Below are positions 28,107 through 37,211 of a stretch of DNA of 53,080 nt, in pieces. How positions within the stretch are numbered: position 1 is the stretch's first letter; each line of letters opens with the position of its first letter. The stretch spans positions 1-53,080 of the forward strand of contig CAXTQJ010000003.1 of the NCBI GenBank assembly GCA_964246245.1. The letters are read 5' to 3'. The stretch is from an uncultured Sphingomonadaceae bacterium (lineage in GTDB: Bacteria > Pseudomonadota > Alphaproteobacteria > Sphingomonadales > Sphingomonadaceae). The position numbers and the translations under genes are program-made. Under the pieces are notes generated by a model. It saw nothing but the letters and a program-made list of their open reading frames with translations, had not been told where the DNA came from and ran no database searches.

Positions 28107-29287
28107 TGGCGATGGCGGCGCTCGACCTCGACCTGTTCGCGCCGGCGAGCCTCGCCGATCCCTTCGCCGACTATCGCCGGCTGCGCGACGCCGGCGCCGT
28201 CGTCCGCCTCGCCCGGCTCGACGTCCATGCCATCGCGCGCTTCGCCGACGTCCAGGCCGCGCTGCGCGCCGATGGCGCGCTGATCAGCGGCGAGGGCGTC
28301 GGCTTCAGCGCCGCGTTCAACGCGCCGAAGGGCATGAACGTCATCCAGAGCGACGGCGACCTCCACCGCCGGCTGCGCGCGGCGGTGATGCGGCCGCTGA
28401 CCCCGGCGGCGCTCCGGGCGGCGCGCGACGGCTTCAAGGCGCGCGTCGCCGGCCATGTCGCGACCCTCGTCGATGCCGGCTGGGTCGACGCGATGACCGG
28501 CCTCGCCCGCGTCCTGCCGGTCGAGGCGGTCGCCCATCTCGTCGGCCTGCCCGAAGCGGGACGCGAGCGGATGCTCGACTGGGCGGCGGCGGCGTTCAAC
28601 GTCATCGGCCCGGCGATCGATCCGGCCGACGCGGCGACGATGCGCGAGGCGTTCGCCTACATGGCGACGCTCGGCCCCGACGTCGTCGCGCCGGGTAGCT
28701 GGGCGGCGCAGCTGTTCGCCGCCGCCGCCGACGGCAAGCTGGCCATGGGCGAGGCGATGGCGGCGATCAGCGCCTACGTCATCCCCAGCCTCGACACGAC
28801 GATTCTCGCCAAAGGCCACCTGCTCCACAACCTCGCGACGACGCCGGGGCAGTGGGCGCGGCTGCGCGCCGACCCGAGTCTGGTGCCGGCGGCGGTGCTC
28901 GAAGGCGTCCGTCACAGCTCGGTCATCCGCTGGTTCTCGCGGGTCGCCGCAGCCGACTATCCGGTCGGCGACGACGTTGTCCCGGCCGGTGCGAGAGTGA
29001 TGCTGCTCTACGGCGCCGCCAACCGCGACGAGCGCCACTACCCCGACCCCGACGCTTTCGATGTCGGCCGCGACGCGCGTGACCACCTCGCCTGGGGCAC
29101 CGGCCCGCACATGTGCGCCGGGATGCACCTCGCCCGGATCGAGATGGAGGTCCTGCTCGAGGCGTTGATCGAGGCGGAAGTCGAGCTAGGTGCGAGAGAC
29201 TCGAAGTATGGGACGAACGCGGGACTGTACGGCTTGAGCTCGTTGCCGTTCATCCTGACTCGCCAGAAATTACGTGAGAGCTCTTAG
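28106..29287 (+). CDS. Cytochrome P450 (second, different family)
   Basis: I-helix IPSLDTT, EGVR, GAANRDERHYPDPD, heme motif WGTGPHMCAG; ATG overlaps BKACE stop. Confidence 0.93.
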   Translation: MAMAALDLDLFAPASLADPFADYRRLRDAGAVVRLARLDVHAIARFADVQAALRADGALISGEGVGFSAAFNAPKGMNVIQSDGDLHRRLRAAVMRPLTPAALRAARDGFKARVAGHVATLVDAGWVDAMTGLARVLPVEAVAHLVGLPEAGRERMLDWAAAAFNVIGPAIDPADAATMREAFAYMATLGPDVVAPGSWAAQLFAAAADGKLAMGEAMAAISAYVIPSLDTTILAKGHLLHNLATTPGQWARLRADPSLVPAAVLEGVRHSSVIRWFSRVAAADYPVGDDVVPAGARVMLLYGAANRDERHYPDPDAFDVGRDARDHLAWGTGPHMCAGMHLARIEMEVLLEALIEAEVELGARDSKYGTNAGLYGLSSLPFILTRQKLRESS

Positions 29288-30231
29288 AGCGGAACTACGA
29301 TGTCGTCTAAGCCGTGGCCTCCGGCATCGGCGCATAATTGCCTGATCCAACGATGCCCAGCATCGGTGTCAAGACGCTTGTGCCACCACTGGTGGATGTG
29401 GTTGTCATCAATCGAGAATGGCGGCGAGCACAGGCAGAGATCGCCGCCGGCGGCTAGCTGGCCCGCCAGCGCATCGGGGACGGTTGCCATAAGGCGCGTG
29501 CCGCGCATGACCATCGGCAAGATGGCGATATAGGGCACCGAGAGCGCGACCCGCCGTCGCCCCCCGTCGTGGCCCAGACTGTGCCCGATCGGATCGCCGG
29601 ACGACCCGGGAGGAGCGACTACGACGTGCGGCGCCGCCACATAGCTTTCGTAGCTGATCGCCGGCCGGCCCGCCGGGTCTTTGGCAAGGTCGGGATGGTC
29701 TTTGCTCAGCATGACAACATACCGGCTGGTGTGGATCAGCTGACTGCGCAGCGCCGAACTCAGCTCGAAACGCCCGATGGCGAGGTCGGCCAGTCCCTCA
29801 TCAAGCAGATCAGCATAGTTGCTAACCGCGAATTCCGACACGGTAAGGTCGATACCTGGTGCCTCGCGGTCGAGCGTCGACAGCAGCTGTGGGAGAAAGG
29901 TGATCGCGCCTACGTCGGTCAGCAGCAGGTGGAAGCGCCGCCGCGAGGTGGCCGGGTCGAACGCCGTGCCCGAGGTCAGGCCAGCGCGGATCGCGGTCAT
30001 GCCCTGGTTGATAAACGATGCAAGCAGGTCGGCCTTCGGCGTCGGCTCCATCCCGGCCGAGGTGCGCACGAATAAGGGATCGCCGAGCTGCTCGCGCAGG
30101 CGGTTGAGCGCGTTACTCACCGCGGGCTGCGACATGCCGAGCTTGTCGGCGGCTCGCGACACGCTTCGGTCGTGTGCGATCGCCTCAAACACTCTTAAAA
30201 GGTTGAGATCGAAGGTGCGTAGATTAAGCAT
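29284..30231 (-). CDS. LysR family regulator (NahR/DntR/NodD-like)
   Basis: FDLNLLRVF, SQPAVSNALNRLR, DPLFVRT, FDPATS, HRWIR. Confidence 0.95.
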   Translation of the reverse strand: MLNLRTFDLNLLRVFEAIAHDRSVSRAADKLGMSQPAVSNALNRLREQLGDPLFVRTSAGMEPTPKADLLASFINQGMTAIRAGLTSGTAFDPATSRRRFHLLLTDVGAITFLPQLLSTLDREAPGIDLTVSEFAVSNYADLLDEGLADLAIGRFELSSALRSQLIHTSRYVVMLSKDHPDLAKDPAGRPAISYESYVAAPHVVVAPPGSSGDPIGHSLGHDGGRRRVALSVPYIAILPMVMRGTRLMATVPDALAGQLAAGGDLCLCSPPFSIDDNHIHQWWHKRLDTDAGHRWIRQLCADAGGHGLDDIVVPL

Positions 30232-30243
30232 CTTGACCGTCGG

Positions 30244-30549
30244 CTAAGCGGCGCGCTGGCGCTCGGCATTGACCAAGCGCGCGAGGCGGTGGCGGACTCG
30301 CGCCGACCCCGAGATACCACTGCCGTCAAACTCGAGCCTATAATAGGGATAGCGCATTAAGCCGTCGGCGACTGAGCCTAGACTGAGTGAGCCGGCGTGG
30401 TGTGGGCAGGGGTCGGCCAGCGCGGCCAGTTCGCCGTCTCCGCTGCGGAAGGCAACGATGTCGTCGCCAAGGATGCGCCGCGCGACCGCCGCGGCGCCGA
30501 CCTCGGACGCCCAGCCGAACATGTGCCGCGCGTCGCGAGCGAACGTCAT
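30244..30549 (-). pseudogene. Truncated, degenerate Rieske oxygenase N-terminal fragment
   Basis: VARRILGDDIVAFR, CPHHAGSLSLG, second ligand pair decayed (YPYY for CPYH), no catalytic domain. Confidence 0.8.
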
Positions 30550-30562
30550 TGTGAGAGCTCCG

Positions 30563-31465
30563 TTAGGCCGCGTGGGCGAGCGGTAGCCAGCAGTCGCCCT
30601 CGACCTGGACCATGCGGCTGCCGCGGTAGGGCGCGAGCACGGCGCCGTCGTAGCTCGGCCGGCGTTTCAGCGCCTCGATCCAGCGGCGCACCGCCGGTCG
30701 CTTGGTCGCACTCCACAGGTCGACGTTGCAGCCGCACTGGAGGCGCATCAGGAGAATGAAGACCGAGATGTCGGCGAGCGTCAGCGCATCGCCGACCAGG
30801 AACGGCGACATGGCGAGCGCAGCCTCGGCGTCGTCGGCTAAGCGCGCAGCGATCGCCTCGCCATCGACCGCGTCGCCGGGGTCGTCCATCCATGCGACGA
30901 GGTCGCGCCAGTCGGCGAGCTTGAGGTCGTAAAGGTCGCGATGCTCAGGGTACAGCTCGCGGGCGCGGACGATGTTGTCATGCATGCCCACGCGCCAATA
31001 GTCGGGCAGGCCCGAGGCGAGGTGGGCGCGGTAGGTGAACCCACGCACCGGAAAATCATCCGACCGGTCGATCCATACGTCCATTGCAGCGCGTTCTGCC
31101 ACTCCGGCCGGGGCAAGCTCGGGACCGACGAACCAGTTGTCAATAAAGCGCATCATCGTCGCTGAATCGAACAGGACGCGGTTGTCGAAGGTCATCGTCG
31201 GGACCAACGCGCGGGGGTTAAGCGCGATGTATTCCGGCGTTAGGTTCTCGCCGGCGGCGGTGTTGACGGAATGCTCGGCAAAGGGAACGTCCTTCTCAAA
31301 CAACGTCATCCTGACCCGCTGCGAACAGAGCGACGGCGGTATCGTGTAGAGCGTGACGCCGGCGGTTGCCGGATCGTGCTTGACCGTCGTTCCGGGTTGA
31401 GCGGCGGCGACGGCGACAAGGTCACCGTCGGGACGGAAGCGGCGCATGTTGACGGCTTGCTTCAC
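30563..31465 (-). CDS. Glutathione S-transferase, PcpC (TCHQ dehalogenase)/GDAP1-like
   Basis: SLCSQRVR, LNPRALVPT, DSAT, ELYPEHRDLY, LTLADI; GTG start with GGAGGA RBS, N-terminus matches paralog at 36090. Confidence 0.85.
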   Translation of the reverse strand: MKQAVNMRRFRPDGDLVAVAAAQPGTTVKHDPATAGVTLYTIPPSLCSQRVRMTLFEKDVPFAEHSVNTAAGENLTPEYIALNPRALVPTMTFDNRVLFDSATMMRFIDNWFVGPELAPAGVAERAAMDVWIDRSDDFPVRGFTYRAHLASGLPDYWRVGMHDNIVRARELYPEHRDLYDLKLADWRDLVAWMDDPGDAVDGEAIAARLADDAEAALAMSPFLVGDALTLADISVFILLMRLQCGCNVDLWSATKRPAVRRWIEALKRRPSYDGAVLAPYRGSRMVQVEGDCWLPLAHAA

Positions 31466-31568
31466 AATATCCTCCCAGGCGCAGGCCGCGTCCTTTACCA
31501 TCATCCTAAGCCGCACGCCGCTGGTCGCCAATTCCTTGACCACGGCGGTTCTATTGCTGGTGTGAATA

Positions 31569-31587
31569 TGATTTGCTTGAGAAATCA
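31569..31587. promoter_or_regulatory. Inverted repeat, candidate LysR operator between divergent GST and Rieske genes
   Basis: TGATTT-N7-AAATCA. Confidence 0.45.
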
Positions 31588-31642
31588 ATTCGTCAAGCCG
31601 CCTCCATCGAGATAGCCCGTCGCTTACCTGGGGAGGTTTCGC

Positions 31643-32728
31643 ATGTATCCGTTGCCAGATGGCTATTTCGCGCCCAGGAATCGCTGGTATATCGCGGCCT
31701 GGTCGGACGAGATCGGCCGCACTCCGATTGAACGCTGGATCCTCGACGAGCCGGTCGCGCTCTATCGCCGCGAAAACGGTGACCCGGTCGCGGTCGAGGG
31801 GCGTTGCCCGCATCGCAGCTATCCGCTCGGTAAGAGCCGGCTGGTTGGTGACGACATTCAATGCGGCTACCACGGACTGACATTTCGCCCGGACGGCAGC
31901 TGCGCCCTCATCCCGAGCCAGCCGAACATACCGAATGTCTGCCGGATCAAGGCCTATCCGATGATCGAGCAATGGCGCTGGCTGTGGATTTGGCCCGGCG
32001 ATCCGGCGCTGGCCGACCCCAAGCTGATCCCGACACTCGCCGAGCTCGGTCTCGATGACGACCTCCACACCATCGCTAGCGGCGGCTACTCGCTCGTAAA
32101 CTGCCGGGCGATGCTGCTCCACGACAACCTGTTCGACCTGACTCACATCGGTCACGTTCACGCCGGCAGCTTCGGCGGCGGCGGCGGCGCGCAGGATACC
32201 ATTCCTAGGGTGACCCGCGGCGATGATTGGATCGCGACCGAATATGTTCAGCTCGGCGTTCCGGTTCCCGAGTTCCACGGACGCCTGCTCGGCTACGATG
32301 GACTGGTTGACCGCTATCAGGGATTGACGCTGCACCTGCCGTGTCTGCACGTCGGCGGTATGGCGCTTCATCAGCCGACCGGCGACAAGGCCGCGCGAGG
32401 CGACCTTATCGGCTCGGTTCGAGTCTACCACGGAGTGACGCCGGCTACGCGTCACACCAGTCACTACTTCTTCGCCAGCGGTCAGAGCTGGAGCCGTGAG
32501 GCGAGCGTCTCGCAGATGATGCTGTCCGGCGCGATGAAGACCATCATTCCCGAGGACAGCGCCGCGACCGAGGCCATCGAGGCGATGGTCATGGGCCTCC
32601 ACGGCCGGGCGTCGGAGATCCTGCTCAAGGCCGACCGCGCGTGCGTGATGGGCCGGCGGATGTTCGAAGCCATGATTGCGGTCGAACTCGGCGACGACGT
32701 GCGATCGGCCGAACTCGAGACAGCGTGA
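31643..32728 (+). CDS. Rieske non-heme iron oxygenase alpha subunit, VanA-like
   Basis: PRNRWYIAAW, CPHRSYPL..CGYHG, DNLFDLTHIGHVH, VTPATRHTSHYF. Confidence 0.93.
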   Translation: MYPLPDGYFAPRNRWYIAAWSDEIGRTPIERWILDEPVALYRRENGDPVAVEGRCPHRSYPLGKSRLVGDDIQCGYHGLTFRPDGSCALIPSQPNIPNVCRIKAYPMIEQWRWLWIWPGDPALADPKLIPTLAELGLDDDLHTIASGGYSLVNCRAMLLHDNLFDLTHIGHVHAGSFGGGGGAQDTIPRVTRGDDWIATEYVQLGVPVPEFHGRLLGYDGLVDRYQGLTLHLPCLHVGGMALHQPTGDKAARGDLIGSVRVYHGVTPATRHTSHYFFASGQSWSREASVSQMMLSGAMKTIIPEDSAATEAIEAMVMGLHGRASEILLKADRACVMGRRMFEAMIAVELGDDVRSAELETA

Positions 32729-33519
32729 TGCTAAAGCTTTACCACAACGACATGTCGACCTGCGCTCAGAAGGTGCGGCTGGTCCTCGACGAGCTCGACC
32801 TGGATTGGGAGAGCCGCCACCTTAAGCTACGCGGCGACGAGCAGCTACGCCCCGAGTATCTCGCGATCAACCCCAAGGGACAGGTTCCGGCGCTGGTCGA
32901 CGGCGATCTCGTCGTCGTCGAGTCGACGGTGATCAATGAGTATCTCGCCGACGCCTACGGCAATGGCCGGCTGATCCCTGGCGACCCCGCGGCGCGCGCG
33001 CGGATGCGCTGGTGGACGCGTCAGCTCGACGACGACGTCTTCGGCGCGATCGGCGTGCTCAGCCAGGCGATCTCGTTCCGCCACCAATACCTTGCCAATG
33101 GACCTAAAGCGCTCGACCGCATCCTTGAAGCCATCCCCGACGAGAAACGACGTGACATGAAGCGGGTCGCGTTCACTACAGGTATGACAAATCCGGCGCT
33201 GCCGCCAGCCGCGCGGCGGATCGACAAGCTGTTCAGCGACATGGACGCAGTCCTAGCAAAGAACGAGTGGCTCGCCGGCGATTGTCTGAGTCTTGCTGAC
33301 CTTGGGTTGGCGCCGTTCGTCCAGCGGATGCATCATCTCAATCAGACGATGATGCTTGAAGAACGTCCCGACCTCGACCGTTGGTTCACGGCGGTCCGGG
33401 CGCGGCCGAGCTTCGCCTCGGCCATGACGCAGTGGTTCAATCCCGATTACCTGACGCTAAGCGAGCGGACCGGGGCCGAGGCTCGGCCGGCTATAGCCGC
33501 CATGCTCGCCGCGACGTGA
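32728..33519 (+). CDS. Glutathione S-transferase family protein (LigF-like features)
   Basis: STCAQKVR, INPKGQVPAL, VVESTVINEYL, DPAARARMRWWT, SLADL. Confidence 0.92.
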   Translation: MLKLYHNDMSTCAQKVRLVLDELDLDWESRHLKLRGDEQLRPEYLAINPKGQVPALVDGDLVVVESTVINEYLADAYGNGRLIPGDPAARARMRWWTRQLDDDVFGAIGVLSQAISFRHQYLANGPKALDRILEAIPDEKRRDMKRVAFTTGMTNPALPPAARRIDKLFSDMDAVLAKNEWLAGDCLSLADLGLAPFVQRMHHLNQTMMLEERPDLDRWFTAVRARPSFASAMTQWFNPDYLTLSERTGAEARPAIAAMLAAT

Positions 33520-33606
33520 CGCGCAGCGCGGATGTTCCGGTCGAGAGGATCGCACCGCCGTCGTTTGCTAGCCGCGGCATCGCCCAAGAAGTTGGTTGAG
33601 GTAGAT

Positions 33607-34494
33607 ATGGACCGAAACGCCGCACTCGAGAAATTTGCATGGCTCGCCGCGCAGTGTCCGGTCGTCGAGCCGCCACCCGCCGCGACCTCCTTGCCGATTC
33701 ACTTCGAACACCTTGGCGAGGGTGAGCGGATTGTCTTGATCCACGGCGGCGTCCAGGGCGCGATTGGCGGCGGCCCGGCGACTTTCAGCAGACAAAAGGC
33801 CCTCGTCGAGCGCGGCTACCGGATAGATATAGCCGAGCGGCCGGGCTTCGGGCGGAGCCCGTCGCGCGGCGTGGACGACATGGAGGACAGCGCCGTCTGG
33901 ATCGCCGAGGCTCTTGGCGACGGGGCCCACCTCATCGGTCATAGCTGGGGCGGCGCGGCGGCTCTCGCGGCTGCTGGACGCCGGCCGGAGGCGGTGCGAT
34001 CACTTATCTTGGTCGAGGCCGCGCTGCAGACCCTCGCGCTGACCGACCCACAGGTGCAAGCCAATCCCGGCGAAGCCGACAAGATCTTCGCCCTAGTTGA
34101 TTCGTTTCTCGCAGCCCGAACACCGGCCGACTACGCCCGCATCGCCCTCCGCGGCGTTGGTCGAATGGTCGGCGAGATGGGCAACGGGCAAGTCGAGACG
34201 GACGAGGCGACACTGACAAAGTGGGGCTGCGCGGCCCTGCAGAATCGGATGTCCTCCCCGCTGGCGCTGCGCCAAGCCGCGACGGCGCTGCGCGAATTGA
34301 AGGTTCCGGTCCTGGTGGTCAGCGGCAGTTGGAGCGAGGCCATCCAGGCGGTCGGGGATGTAATCGCACGCGCGACCGGCGGCAGACATGTCCGACTGAC
34401 ATCGCCGAATCACTATCCGCAATATGAAGCTGCGGATGAGTTCAATGGCATCGTCGACGATTTCATTCGACAAATCGGCAAGCACACAAATTAG
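33607..34494 (+). CDS. Alpha/beta hydrolase
   Basis: VLIHGG, PGFGRS, GHSWGG nucleophile elbow, C-terminal HYPQ. Confidence 0.9.
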   Translation: MDRNAALEKFAWLAAQCPVVEPPPAATSLPIHFEHLGEGERIVLIHGGVQGAIGGGPATFSRQKALVERGYRIDIAERPGFGRSPSRGVDDMEDSAVWIAEALGDGAHLIGHSWGGAAALAAAGRRPEAVRSLILVEAALQTLALTDPQVQANPGEADKIFALVDSFLAARTPADYARIALRGVGRMVGEMGNGQVETDEATLTKWGCAALQNRMSSPLALRQAATALRELKVPVLVVSGSWSEAIQAVGDVIARATGGRHVRLTSPNHYPQYEAADEFNGIVDDFIRQIGKHTN

Positions 34495-34628
34495 TGCAGC
34501 TACCTAATCAAGGACGCTTCGACAGCTTGAACAGCATTCAGCAACCCAAAGGTTGAACAATAGGCGAACAAATCTTCGGATTCGGAAGAGCGTATCAATG
34601 AAGCCCGCGAGCATTGATGGAGGAAAAG

Positions 34629-36005
34629 ATGGCCAAAGCCCATCAGAGCAGCCCGGCAGCTGAGTGCTCCGCCCTGCCCCGACAGTCGTTGCCGGCCTCG
34701 CTAGCTCATTCACTGCGCGTGGTGTTGCTGGCCGCCGGATTGACTGGCCTGTCGCCAACGTCTGGCGCGACTTCAAACGATGTCGTCATCTCTAACGCAC
34801 GGATCATCACCGGCACGGGCCAGGTCATTGAGCGCGGGGCGGTAGTCGTGAAGGACGGACACATCGCGACTGTGGCCGCCGGACCGCCGCCCGCTGCCGC
34901 GCGCGGCCCGCGCATCGACGCGACTGGGATGACGGTTATTGCTGGCTATATTGACGGCCATCGGCACCTCATTCCGCAAGGCCGGCCCGGAAGCGATAAG
35001 ACACCGGCCGAGTTCCTCAAACAAGACGCGGCTCGCCAAATGGTGGCGCTGCTCGCGTCGGGCGTGACCACCGTTCAATCCGGCGGCGACGACGGCCCGG
35101 CCATCCTTGCGCTCAAGCGCATGGTCGATAACGGCGAGATCAACGGACCCCGGATCATCTCGGCGATCTGGGCGATTCCCGCACTTGGGGCAGCGAAGAC
35201 AAAGACAGAGGCGGAAGTGCGCGCCGGAGTCGACGCCGTCAAAGCCCAAGGGGCGGATGCGATTGCCGAGATGCCGTATCCGACTATCGCGTCGATGGCG
35301 GTGGATACGCAGTGGCCTTTCGAGCCGACCGAACAGGAAACGCGCAACCTAGCGGCAGCACTCGACGAAGGCCGAAAGCTCGGCATCCCGGTCCAAGTTC
35401 ATGCCGTCAGCCCTCCGGCACAAGTCGCGGCCGTGCGCCTCGGTGCACGTCGGCTGGTCCACTCGTCGCACTATGCCTTTATGACCGACGCCGACGCGAA
35501 GGAGATTGCATCGACGGGGGCGATGGTGGCGTCGTCGACCGCGGTCAGCTCCCCGCTATTCGGCGTATTCAACGACGACAATCGACCCACGACGCGCGAC
35601 GGTGCGCCTTGGCCACTCGGCTCTCCGTCGGCCGAGGCGCGCGGCCAGGCTGCCGGCAAATTCCCTCTCAATTTGCGGACGCTGTACGACAACGGGGTCA
35701 CCGTAGCCTATTCGTCGGACACCAGCTTCGAACCGACCGCTTCGCTTGAGCATGAGCTGGCGACGCTAAGCCTCGTCTTTTCACCAAAAGATCTTGTCAG
35801 AATCATTGGGCCGAACTCGGCTGCATTCGTCGAGCACAGCGCCGATCGTGGTACGCTCGAGGTTGGCAAGCTCGCCGACATCCTCGTTTTGACCGGCAAT
35901 CCGCTGGATGGCTACTGGTACTTTCTCAAGCCGGTGGTGGTGATCAAGGGTGGCAAGATCGTCATCGACAAGCGGGCTCAGCTTCGCACCGTCAAGACAC
36001 TGTGA
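34629..36005 (+). CDS. Amidohydrolase family protein, probably exported
   Basis: IDGHRH metal motif, GVTTV, VHA, SSD, GTLEVGKLADILVL; hydrophobic N-terminal segment; start 34614-34629. Confidence 0.88.
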   Translation: MAKAHQSSPAAECSALPRQSLPASLAHSLRVVLLAAGLTGLSPTSGATSNDVVISNARIITGTGQVIERGAVVVKDGHIATVAAGPPPAAARGPRIDATGMTVIAGYIDGHRHLIPQGRPGSDKTPAEFLKQDAARQMVALLASGVTTVQSGGDDGPAILALKRMVDNGEINGPRIISAIWAIPALGAAKTKTEAEVRAGVDAVKAQGADAIAEMPYPTIASMAVDTQWPFEPTEQETRNLAAALDEGRKLGIPVQVHAVSPPAQVAAVRLGARRLVHSSHYAFMTDADAKEIASTGAMVASSTAVSSPLFGVFNDDNRPTTRDGAPWPLGSPSAEARGQAAGKFPLNLRTLYDNGVTVAYSSDTSFEPTASLEHELATLSLVFSPKDLVRIIGPNSAAFVEHSADRGTLEVGKLADILVLTGNPLDGYWYFLKPVVVIKGGKIVIDKRAQLRTVKTL

Positions 36006-36089
36006 CGTCCGGACAGGGCGGCCTTTCCGTGAATTCGAACCGCTTGTGCGCCGGCTGCGGACGGCGCGCAGACACCGCAGGAGCACGCT

Positions 36090-36986
36090 ATGAAACAAGC
36101 GCTCAACCTTCGCCGGTTCATGCCCGACGACGACCTCGTTGAAATCGCCCATGCAGCCGCAGGTGCGACATCGAAGCATGACGGTGCCAGCGCCGGTGTG
36201 ACAATCTACACGATCCCTACGTCAATCTGCTCGCAACGCGTCCGCATGACCCTAGTCGAGAAGGGCGTGCCTTTCGCCGATCGAACGGTCGCGGCCGCGC
36301 GCGGCGAAAATCTTACCCCCGAGTACATCGCGATCAATCCCCGCGCCCTCGTCCCCACAATGACTTTTGCCGACCGCTCGATCTTCGACTCGGCGACCAT
36401 CATCAGATTTGTGAACAGCTACTTCGACGGACCAGAGCTCGCCCCGCTCGATCCTTTGGCTTTCGGCGAGATGAACCGGTGGATTAGCTTGGCGGATGAT
36501 TTCCCGCTTCGCGGCTTCGTCTACCGAGCCCATCTCTTAAGCGGGCTCCCGGACTATTGGAAGCCAGCGATGTACGACAACATCATCAAAGCACGAAAGG
36601 CATACCCCGAATACTCTGATCTTTACGATCTAAAGCTAGCTGATTGGAACGATCTTCAAAACTGGATGGCTAGTCCTGGCGATATCACCGAAGGCGAATC
36701 TATAGCGACAAGCATGGCCGATGACGTGGAAGCGAGCCTTGCCACCAGTCTATTTTTGTTGGGCGATTTCATAACGCTCGCCGACATAACAATCTCGCTG
36801 CTCTTGATGCGACTGGAGTATGGATGTTCTGTGCGTCTTTGGGGCGAGCAACTACGGCCACGCACTTCAGACTATATAACTCGGATGAAGAAGCGTGCCA
36901 GTTATGAAGTCGCCGTTCTAAAGCCCTTCCGAGATAACGACATTCATCATGTAAGTGGTACGCGTTGGCTACCCGATAGCGAATGA
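36090..36986 (+). CDS. Glutathione S-transferase, PcpC-like paralog of 30563..31465
   Basis: SICSQRVR, INPRALVPT, YPEYSDLYDLKL, ITLADI. Confidence 0.87.
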   Translation: MKQALNLRRFMPDDDLVEIAHAAAGATSKHDGASAGVTIYTIPTSICSQRVRMTLVEKGVPFADRTVAAARGENLTPEYIAINPRALVPTMTFADRSIFDSATIIRFVNSYFDGPELAPLDPLAFGEMNRWISLADDFPLRGFVYRAHLLSGLPDYWKPAMYDNIIKARKAYPEYSDLYDLKLADWNDLQNWMASPGDITEGESIATSMADDVEASLATSLFLLGDFITLADITISLLLMRLEYGCSVRLWGEQLRPRTSDYITRMKKRASYEVAVLKPFRDNDIHHVSGTRWLPDSE

Positions 36987-37211
36987 TTAACCATCAGAAG
37001 GCAGTGGAAATCAGCCGCCTTAATAGTGTGTCAAAGTAATTAATTCCATCATTTGATCAGACGTTGCGAGACGGATGCAAGTTGCTGTTAGCCTCGGACG
37101 TGTGAGTCGGGCTGCAATGTTGACCCCGGTGGGGAGTGATCGGCGTGCAACTTTGACCTCCTGAACGGAAGCGGTTCACGGCCGGCGCTTTGCGCGGGGT
37201 CGTCGGGGAAG

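Noticed and set aside
30563-32602. 679-aa ORF suggesting a long GST fusion
   Set aside because: The upstream part is antisense to the Rieske gene; the RBS and paralog alignment place the start at 31465
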